A stretch of DNA of 60,680 bases, filler included, from Sphacelaria rigidula (Eukaryota), in NCBI GenBank assembly GCA_964200075.2. It is 8 parts of 8 records of this genome, joined end to end, with 100 filler letters (N's around TTAATTAATTAA, not from the genome) between each part and the next. Parts side by side here need not be neighbours in the genome. Positions count along the whole stretch, not along the records: positions 37,990 to 45,486 come from CAXNAA020014644.1; positions 45,587 to 53,083 come from CAXNAA020014645.1; 6 more parts are not named here. The stretch is one strand, 5' to 3'. The position numbers and the translations under genes were made by a program. Below, in pieces: positions 39,826 through 49,113 of this stretch; the stretch's first letter is position 1, and every line of letters begins with the position of its first letter. A model generated the notes under the pieces. The model had not been told where the DNA came from. It saw only the letters and a program-made list of their open reading frames with translations, and ran no database searches.

Positions 39826-40136
39826 CAAGGGTAGGTCGAGTAGAGTTTACTCAATTGCGGGGTATTTTGCAAGACGAACTTGAAGTACTCAAATTAGGGT
39901 AAATTATTCAGAGCCGTACCCACAAGATAACTGGAGCGCGATCCCAACGGACTGGGGTCCGAAAAATCAATCCACGGGAGAAAACCGCCTGTAGACGGGC
40001 TGAAATCCTTTTATTTGTAAAAATCGGGGTTTGTTGCCGTAAAAGTCGGTCTAAAACCCTACCCCCAATCCGTGTACTGTAAGTACGACTTTCAAAATAC
40101 CCCGCAATCGAGTGTACTCTACTCGACCTACACTTG
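39826..40136. mobile_element. hAT-type MITE with ~75-bp TIRs and an 8-bp TSD, inside intron 1 of the ParB-like gene
   Basis: CAAGGGTAGGTCGAGTAGAGT..ATTGCGGGGTATTTTG / CAAAATACCCCGCAAT..ACTCTACTCGACCTACACTTG; flanks CAAAGCTG and CAAAGCTC. The same TIR start recurs at 53026-53046. Confidence 0.85.
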
Positions 40137-40356
40137 CAAAGCTCCACTGTCTTTTTGGGATCGAAAGCTTGAAAATCCATACGCACCCAACTGCATCAAA
40201 ACGAGAAATGTTTGCTCGGCGACCGCCCCAGCGTAGGGAGGTGCGGAGTATTTTTGGGGAGGGGCTGACCCCGTGCAGACTACTGCGAAATCAGAACAAA
40301 CACCTGCCGAGCACCAAACCACAAGGTGCGATTTCAGGTGTGAAAGTGCGACTCAC

Positions 40357-40774
40357 CGTCTCCGATGGTGCGCATTTCGTTGGCCGATACATCCCTGTAC
40401 ACATTGCATGGAATCCGCTTCTCCAGCCCGAAGATGCGCTGTCCTGCTTTGACTCGGTGGTTGCCGTCAAGAACCCGAAAAGAAGCGCCTGCCATGGCCT
40501 CAGCAGTGACCAAATCACCTGCCTCGCTGCTAAGTACGATGGCTGGTGGGTTGTGAGTAAGCCACCAATTCACGTTTTTAGACCTCATGGCGTCTTATAG
40601 TCCTCGCGGATTCAGTTCCCTGGACAGCGACGTTAAAGTCAGCTGGCTCAGAGGGATGTTGAAACGCCCACCGTGCTGTTTGTGCAACCAAGCCTCCGGC
40701 TTACTGTTTGCCCCTGCCGTATCGAGGGGGGAAGATGGAACGCCTTCATCGGCGACCCTGAGAGCCGCAGCCAT
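40357..40774 (-). pseudogene. ParB/sulfiredoxin-fold domain gene, exon 1 (one in-frame TAA at 40595-40597)
   Basis: ATG at 40774: MAAALRVAD...GRFNIPLSQLTLTSLSRELNPRGL*DAMRSKNVNWWLTHNPPAIVL...SFRVLDGNHRVKAGQRIFGLEKRIPCNVYRDVSANEMRTIGD, then GTGAGT. The DGxHR..A box and flanking ParB motifs are in the correct order. Confidence 0.78.
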
Positions 40775-41554
40775 TCCGCTGTACTACAGGTCGAGTATCA
40801 GGATCGCGCTAGGTGTGACTTACTGCCCGGATGGAATGGGTGTGATGTGTAATGGTGTGGGCGGTGTGCGGGGGCGGTAGCGTTAGGTGATGCCCCAGCG
40901 TTTTTCTTTTTTTTTACATTGTGCGGAGGCATCAGCACGTACGGTGCACATCCTGGGAAATCTTCAACCTTATCCCTCAGGGGCGACGTGCAGACATGTC
41001 ACCGCACAAGCAGGTGCTTCCACGTTCACATGCCCGTTGTTTTGCAAATCAGAAGGTTGCAGGGCTCATATGTGCCGTGATGTTGACACGACAAGACGGA
41101 TAAGACAAGGTGTCGTGACTGCATCGTGCGTACTGTTACGTTCGGTCCCCGTCATGAGGAATATTGCAGAGGAACCCCGGTTATGCCATTCGCCTAATAC
41201 TATCCGTATATACGGCATGCAGTTGCAAAAACGTTTGCCCCGCAGAATGTTGACCGCAGAAGCACAGATTCGAACCCGAAATGTCGTTTTTCATCTGTGA
41301 TGAGTTTTCTGGCGGTTAAATGCCCCTACGAGGGTACAAATGACCAAGGGGGTTTCGATCGATGCTGTATATATGCCCGTATGCCTGTGGACAGTGCTTC
41401 AAAGTGCCACCTGAAAAACTGTGGTCATCACGGAGTATTGGTTCGCGGGGGTGCGCTTGTGCACTCGACACCGACGTCCACCCCTAGAACTCAGTATAAC
41501 CTGAGCCACTCTTTCCTGCATCCGCTCCATAAACAGCAGTCCTCACCACCCACC

Positions 41555-42033
41555 ATGCCCTTGACCGAGGCCGGCCGCCTTCTGTTCTCGCGCATTTTGC
41601 AGAACATTCCACCCCTTGAGGCGGTCAACAACGTTTCCAACAGAAAAACCGAAGCTGCCACCGCCCCATGTACAACCCCTCTACCTGGCCCCAAGTGCAT
41701 AAAGCGGCCAACCGACTTCTGCACGATGGTGGCTACGTCTTTTCGCTGCTGCACAACAGTGGACAGTGTCGGGAAATTTGTCAAAGGGACGCATGATGCG
41801 CAGCGGCTGGAGCTGGAACAGCAGGACTTCGCTAGCTTGACCACGTCCTCAGCGAGATTCGCCTGGGTTCAACGGCAAGTGCCATACGAGAAGCTCGGGC
41901 CGCGCAAGGGCTCTATGATTGCTGCGGGGAAGTACGTTTGTAATCGTTTTTTCTCGCAGGCATATCGGGTGTCGAGTAATCTACTGGAGAACGCCAAGCA
42001 CAACCCAAAGGCACCCCGGAGACGGAGTATCTC
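41555..42033 (+). CDS. First exon of a DUF7869/Sola-like transposase-type gene (downstream part appears decayed)
   Basis: CACCATG start and GTGAGT donor at 42034. The Cys pair plus VCNRFFSQAYRVS resembles the VCxxFFxxxxG(V/I)S motif N-terminal to DUF7869/Sola-like transposases; this is recognition from memory, not a search. Confidence 0.5.
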
Positions 42034-43064
42034 GTGAGTACTGCTATGTGGCATGCAATCGAGCACGTGTTTAGATAGGCAACGCCCTGAAGTGTGTCCC
42101 GCCCTGTATGTCTCCGAGCCGTCATGTATTTTCGCGGCTAGCCGTGTACATTAAAACCTGTGCCGGAGGTAAGGTGCGTTTCGAGCATGTGCCACCTTCG
42201 TGTACGTTGCTGGCGACTCCCCCCTCGACGGTTCCTTTCGCATATTTGTTTCGCTAACATCCCTCATAATTCGGGACCCCTTTTCACACGTGCTCTGTTG
42301 CTCCAATGTTGTGCCGGTGGGTGGGGCTCATGGGCCCCGCTTGTCTTCGTCTTGCGTGGAAGCACAGTGTCCTCGCCTGCTCCCAAATGCACACCTCAGA
42401 CCTCCCGCGGAAAGTGTGACTGTACATGTAGCGACTGACCCCTCGACTGCAACTTGAACCTGAGCTAGCGTATTGAGTATGTCAACGGAGATAGGCATTA
42501 GCTCCGTCAGCCGGTTTAAAAAAGAAACTGAGATCATTTCTAGTTTTTCATAAGCTCTCCCCCCTTGTTTTATGCCTCACTTTAACCTTTTTTCAGCGGA
42601 ATATGTGTACTTTATGCGCCCCCTTGGCGTCCTTGTTGTGGCGTTGTGGCAGTATCCCCTCACAAGGCGCGCCTTCTAGCATGAGGGGAAGACGACAATT
42701 TGGGTATTCACAGTTTGAAAACATGTTCTTGAATGAAAAAAAGGGCTTTCCTCTGATCATCGAGCTTGAATTTGAACGGTATATATGTCATACCCTTTGT
42801 GTCCGCACTACGTACACTCATGATATATGACGCAGCAGTGGGTCATTGCAGCCTCTGGACACAGGGTACTGCAGCCTTTGGCCTCTCGCCATCTAGCTTC
42901 AAGCTACAAGCTATAGCCCCCCCCCCCCCCCCATCATCAACCAGTCGACATGTGAAATCACATTGTCACGAGATTGTGTTCTGCTGCTTTCACTGTTTAC
43001 CCCTCCAAAGCGCTGTAGGTTGTACGCTATACGCTGTACGGTGAACAATGTACAATGAACCCCA

Positions 43065-43533
43065 GTGATGTGATGAGGAGGGTGAAGACACCTTGAGAAG
43101 GGTGTAATGGTGTTCACCACGATTGATTCCAGGTTCAGACCTCTGTGTACGTTGTTCGTTGACTCAGCTCAGCAGCGCGGCTGACCACAGTCGCTCTCAC
43201 GTATTTCACACAAGGAGACAACAGACAGATAAAGACAAGAATAGCACCGTTTTTCACGCACTTGATTGCATACAAGCACACCACACAAATCTGCGGGAGC
43301 TCCAACTGTGACGTGATGAGGAGGGTGAAGGCACCTTGAGAAGGGTGTAATGGTGTTCACCACGAGTGATTCCAGGTTCAGACCTCTGTGTACGTTGTTT
43401 GTTTACTCAGCTCAGCAGCGCGGCTGACCACAGTCGCTCTCGTGTATTTCACACAAGAAGACAACAGACAGATACAGAAAAGAATAGCACCGTTTTTCAC
43501 GCACTTGACTGCATCCAAGCACACCACACAAAT
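43065..43533 (+). repeat. Tandem duplication with a 243-bp period, two near-identical copies
   Basis: GTGATGAGGAGGGTGAAG.CACCTTGAGAAGGGTGTAATGG...CAAGCACACCACACAAATC at ~43065-43291 and ~43308-43533; duplicated ORFs start at 43123 and 43366. Confidence 0.93.
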
Positions 43534-44599
43534 CGAAACAAGCCGAAGCCTTCATCAATAAAACACACCAGACAAAACAGCAGCCCGACTACTGCTCTTA
43601 TCTCTGAGACTCACTTTTTCGACGGTTCTGTAGGTACCCCAATCGGAAAACTGTTGAGTTGCAGCCGAAACCGGAAAAGAGAAGAGGGAGCGAGTGACGC
43701 TCAGGGGAACTGCTTACAGGTCAAACGTGTTTCGCCGCCCCATAATTCATAGACTGAGGTCATACCCTAAAATCCAAGAGCCGAGCTCTTCAATACTTGC
43801 CATGGTTGGGTCACTACATTTTTGTTTCGAATTCAAATACATGCTCTCCGTAGACGTCAACCCAAGAGGCAGCCAATTTCCCGCTATTTTGAATATGAAA
43901 ATGTCCATCATCCAATGTCACCTTTGCCCAAGATCATGGCTATGTCCTGCAGTCACAGCATATCACACGAGCCTCCAATGGATAAAGTAATCGCAGGAGA
44001 CCCACACATTCCATTCCCCCACACCACAGAAATATATATATATATATATATATATAAAAGCAAAAGAAAATACTACAATAAAAGAAAATGTGAGACACGT
44101 CAAGGGGGGAGTGCTGTGACGGGGACTTAGAGGGCGACATGACATATTGAAAAAAATCCGAAGGGTGTGAATCCAAAAACCCAAGAATCGACAACGGTCG
44201 AAAAAATAGCGCCGAACGCTACGAAATATCCGGGAATCCAGGACAAATCCGCCACAAAAAGCTGAAGCAGCGAAAAACAAGCCGGTAGTCCATCCCCTAC
44301 AAAACCTTGATATAATGCTTGACTGCTATCATGCGAAGGGGAAGTTATGTCTCAATACACGTCCAGTTTCGTTGTGAGAGTTTTTTCAAGCAGCCCGCCA
44401 AGGCGTCTCACAGTACAGAGGAAGCACAAACGGTCGTACACTTCTTTCATCAGTAGAACCCAACGGTGTTGAATGCTCAAACGGAAAAAAAATCGCTGAG
44501 CGGAAGACACCGGAAACAAAAACTAACATGCAGCCGTGAAGCAACATGATGCACCAACGTGACGATGAAGGGCGGCCCATCGAATTGAAAAGGTGCGTG

Positions 44600-45486
44600 T
44601 ATCGTCCCACAAAGCGTCAACGAATAACACACAACCGTAGGAGATAAATCCAAGGCGGGTAATCCGATGCGTTCGTGGTAGACCACGACAAGTATACAGA
44701 AAGAGGTGGCCAATGCGGTCCGCTCTTAGATACTTGCCCGTTCAGACGAGAAAATCGAGAGGGTGTGCATACAAACGGGAGGATAAACTCCCGCCGAGCA
44801 CATCAACGCGATATTTCGCCGTCAATAACCCTGCAACAAAAACGAACCACCATACTGATTTCCGAAGCGGCGGACCGGATGTACGACGTCGGGACTGCGA
44901 AAAACAAAACAACTTTTGGCGGACTGGTGTTGGGCGGAATATAGCCGAGCAACGGAACTGAACATAATCCAAGAGAAAAGGAATATCCCCGAACATGGAA
45001 CAACTGATACAGCGAGAAATCATAAAGAATCTGCGACGGTACTCAAGAAGAGGGCTTGTTGGACATGCAACACATAACCCGGTCATCGAAAGCCAACGGG
45101 AGTCCAACGATATTAAGCTGCCAAAAGCAAAACAAAACACACACACACACACACAAAACAAAGAAGAGACTAGAGGGGAAACGAATAACAGGGTACGCCG
45201 AAAGAACCAGTCCGTTGGAGAGGTTGATGGCGTTCGTGGGTGGGCAATCGCACACACCGGGTATTTGCCCCGGAAAGGGGTTGGTGCGGGACGTGCTGAA
45301 GAATACCAACGGTGTGCGTTGGCCGCCCCCGAATACAAATAAAGAAAAAAAACAAATACAAAAAACAAGGAAAACAGGTGACCATGCAAGGTAGGAAGAA
45401 GGAGAAACAGGACAGAGCAAAAAAAAAAAAACTAAGAAAAACAAGGAAAAGAGAACACAAAAGGAGCAGACCGGAAACGGCAAAAA
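44600..45486 (-). mobile_element. Probable non-LTR retrotransposon (RTE-like) 3' UTR fragment
   Basis: T-rich low-complexity blocks on the minus strand alternate with non-coding segments resembling brown-algal LINE 3' UTRs; similar style at 6300-6720 and 49580-49920. Recognition only. Confidence 0.4.
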
Positions 45487-46306
45487 NNNNNNNNNNNNNN
45501 NNNNNNNNNNNNNNNNNNNNNNNNNNNNNNTTAATTAATTAANNNNNNNNNNNNNNNNNNNNNNNNNNNNNNNNNNNNNNNNNNNNTGATTATCTTGCAT
45601 TTGGGTGACAGCCTCCAATGAGTTGCTTTGTTATCTGGTATCGCCACTTCCAGAGACAGCAACGACTTATACACTGCCTCATGTGTGCATCATCGGTGGG
45701 TGGGGGGGGGGGGCAAGGCAAGCAAGCTACAGTAGGCAGGTGTGTATGCATGCATTGAATATGTGTGCAAGCATGGAGACCAACAGGCCAAAAGATGAGG
45801 CGAGAAGTTTGGCAAAACGTGGAAGTGCATCGGACCGGAACAGCACCACTCGTCGTGGAATGTCGCAAGCAACGGAGTTACGCTGGAGTGAGTACCCTTC
45901 ACTAATTGCGCTGTACGTGAACGTGCGCGGGGTTTTCCCGCGCTGTCACTTAGCTACGAACAGGCTTTTAATGTCCAGCGAAATGGTCATTATCCATCAT
46001 CCAAGGACGAGCAAAAAATAAAAAAGGATTAACAAAAAATAAAAAACGGAAGGCAAAAGACAACAGAACGGACGAACGAACGTACGAACATGGAGAAAGA
46101 AAGAAAGAAAAAAGACTAGAAAAGACAAGAAAAGACAAGAAAATATCCAATCAATCACGCGATCAACCACACCCTTCGAGAGCGCCCCAGAAAAAAACGC
46201 CAGAAAGTCTCAACACTTACTCCTTCATGCAAAACATGACGCATATCCAACAAACAGGATACTCCTACCAAACCGTGTCAAACGACCGAGGAAAACAAAC
46301 CCTCAC

Positions 46307-46674
46307 CCCGACTTAAGATCCTCGCGCATAAGCGGCGCAGTCGTAGCCTTCACCGGCCGCCCCCTGTCATCATACATTGTCACCACTTCGACCTCGTCAG
46401 CCTCCTCGTCGTCGTCGCCCAGTTCCTGCTCCTTCTGGTCCTTGACGCCCCCCCCGCTACTTTCTCGTCTTCTCGCCCCATCCCTCCCCGCCCCCTTCTC
46501 TCCTCGCCTCTTACCCAACAACACTCTCCCAGTGGTATCATCACCGGTGCCCTTGTCGCTGTCATTGTCGCTGTCTTGCCCGGGGTTCCATCGCACGGAA
46601 GGCGGTACCGTCGCGGAGACCTGCTTCTCCGCAACGGCAGCGGCCGCCGCATTCGCTTCTCTTCCCCCCTTGAT
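46307..46674 (-). CDS. Internal exon of a spliced host gene, possibly CWF19-like protein 2
   Basis: CAG acceptor, GTGAGG donor, open frame IKGGREANAAAAAVAEKQ...EVVTMYDDRGRPVKATTAPLMREDLKSG. The exon call is reasonable; the identity is a weak guess from the DxRGRP...DLxSG segment. Confidence 0.55.
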
Positions 46675-46982
46675 CTGATGACAGGATCGGTGTCGATTTG
46701 TCGTTTGGGGACAAGGTGTAGTGTTTTGTTTCTTGTTTGAATCATAGCATCACCCGTGTTGTTCAGACTGGCGGTCGAAAGCCGGCCAAGATTCGCAGGC
46801 AACCACGCGTGTCAAGGAAACGGTAGTCCTCCGGTGAGATCTATACGTTACGTCACTACAGCGGTGAGCTGCTAACATGCTGTGAATAGAAACACACCAT
46901 CAACATGAAAAAAAAATGTTCGGATGAGACAAAGCTTGACCAACCGTACACTCGCACCACTAATGCAAAACAAAACGGCATA

Positions 46983-47828
46983 CGAGCTGGGCCAGCCTAG
47001 AGGCGGATTTGAGGTTTGCAAGCCCATGCTCCCGCGAGTATTTAGAGTTGGACCCTGAAATTTGGTATGGACGATGAATAGGGCATGAAAAAAAAGTTAC
47101 AGGAGCACCAGAGTTTTTTTTTTTTTCATGAGTTGAAGGCATTTTACTGATGCCTCGAAAGTGACTATTGCCCAAAACTCACGGGAAAAAAAAACTGTAG
47201 TCCTCCTGTAATTTTTTTTCATGCCCTATTCATTGTCCATACCAAATTTCAGGGTTCAACTCTAAATACTCGCGGGAGCATGGGCCTTTCAAAAACTGCG
47301 TCGGTAGAAATTCGGAGCAGTATTTCGCAGGCCACTCACCGGCCCATGTTTGGTTTTCGTGTAGTGAAAATTTGTGTGGGCGCTCTTTAAGGCATAATTG
47401 ACAAGAAAAAGTGGGTCAGGTTGATTTTTTTCAATTTTTGTCACTGGTTTAGGGCGTTCTACCATGGCGAAGACCATTTATTCACTCGAACGCCCTAACC
47501 TCTATGAAAAAAAAAAAATGGAGGGCCCATTTTTTTTTTATTCGGCACTCTTTTGTGGTTCTCTACACCAATTTTCGTCGCCATCCGCTAAATACATCGA
47601 TCGGGAGTTTCATAGAGAATTTAGTATTGGCGCTATCTCCCTCAGGTAAAGGAATAACTTGAAATGGGGTTTAATCAACGAGAAAGTATGGGCCCAAAAT
47701 TTTGAGCAGATGGGCACCTTCCCCTTGATTAGACGATTAATACGACATGCGGATCACGGCTCAACTCGCCGGTGTCGATTAGATATGGCAGTTAGAGCTT
47801 AAATCCGTTTTTAGGCCGGCCCAGCTCG
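46983..47828. mobile_element. TA-flanked MITE (Tc1/mariner-type) with a strong internal hairpin at 47022-47286
   Basis: TA|CGAGCTGGGCCAGCCTAGAGGCGGATTT ... AAATCCGTTTTTAGGCCGGCCCAGCTCG|TA. Confidence 0.8.
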
Positions 47829-48019
47829 TAGAGAGTCCATATAGAGTGGTCGGCGTCCGAAGGGAGAGACGTCACAATATCGGGGGGGTTCCGCGGACCG
47901 ATTTTCATTTCCTCTCGAAAGGCCTAGAATCGGTAACATTGCAAAAATAATCGGATCGTAAACGGATAATACTATCAACCGTTGTGTTGTCGGGGAAATA
48001 CCGGGTATAACCTGTTTTG

Positions 48020-48810
48020 TAGGGTTGGGTAGTGAACCAATACGTACTGCCAGCTCAACTGGCCAGTTCCCAAAAACTGGCAAACGGGCAGCCAGTACCG
48101 CCAGGACACACACAATCTACGTACGTTGCACAAAACGCCTAAAAAAAACAGAGGTAATCCATCCAAATTACGCCGCCACGCCACCTCACAGGAGAGAACA
48201 CACACCACACGGCAGGAGACCATTACAACGATGCAAAGTCTAGAGCTGCTGTGTCTTTCGTTTTGAATTTCGTGTAAGAGGCTGTCCTATGATCAATCAG
48301 TAATGAAGGATGCTCACGCCTTGTGCCGTCAACGGCTACCACAGACCTGCTCTCTCCATTTTTTATTCCGAAGTCCGAAGTACTCCGTACTCGTTTAGAC
48401 TCAAGACACATCATATACTCCAATTGCAACAAATCGTGTGTAAGCCTCACCACCATGCTGGAGTTGATGATCATCGCAACATGTGTGGCACATTCATTAT
48501 TTTTCATCTTCACATTTTCCTCGAGTTGAAAACAATCAATTTGGGTGTTGTGCTAGACGTTATCTACCGAAATAGTGACTCTTGGGTTGGTCAAAGACAG
48601 CCCAGCTTTTAGGTTCTAGTGGAGCAAAATCGCGTAAAAAAGCGCCCCCAGCGGGGCCCTCCGGGGGCGCGCCTCCCCCCCTCAACATCCGGGGGGGGGA
48701 GGCTCTGGTCGATTCGCCGCGCCAGCAGTGTACTGATCGGATCCAGTACACCGGCTGCTGTCGTAGCAAGTATACCAGATCCTGGCTGGCTGTGCCAGTA
48801 CCCAACCCTA
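48020..48810. mobile_element. hAT-type non-autonomous element with a perfect 8-bp TSD
   Basis: CTGTTTTG|TAGGGTTGGGTAGTG ... CAGTACCCAACCCTA|CTGTTTTG; subterminal CCAGT/ACTGG motifs; a related right end lies at ~54110-54192. Confidence 0.9.
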
Positions 48811-48849
48811 CTGTTTTGTGTATATGGACGGGAGGGGAGGGGGGGGGAG

Positions 48850-49113
48850 AGGGGTGTACTCATGATCATGCATGCCATAGTCATGTGACCAATGACCTCG
48901 CATCCCTTCTAAGCCGGGACGGAGCACGCCGGATTCTCGCTGAACCAGGCTCGCAATCCATCACCAAGCGCGAAGCGGCGTGATGTCTTCGGCGAAGCGC
49001 ATGAAGGGTGACCCGAAGCGTATTGATTTTCTTGCGTCTAGATGACAGCCTCCAATGAGTTGCTTGATGTCCTGGTATCGCCACATCCGGAGACAGCCAT
49101 GGCTTACACACTG
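48850..49113 (+). repeat. Dispersed ~260-bp repeat; partial copies at 15197-15260 (-), ~35560-35660 (+) and 45587-45675 (+)
   Basis: Shared GTGTACTCATGATCATG..TGACCTCGCATCCC..GGACGGAGCAC and TGACAGCCTCCAATGAGTTGCTT..TGGTATCGCCAC. Confidence 0.85.

Noticed and set aside
40595-40597. Selenocysteine or programmed readthrough in the ParB-like exon
   Set aside because: The codon is TAA, not TGA, at a non-catalytic position; a nonsense mutation or sequencing error is more parsimonious.
44742-45483. Long Phe-rich 'membrane protein' ORFs (also 6297-6760 and 60130-60675)
   Set aside because: They are translations of T-rich repeat tails with no domain or splice support.
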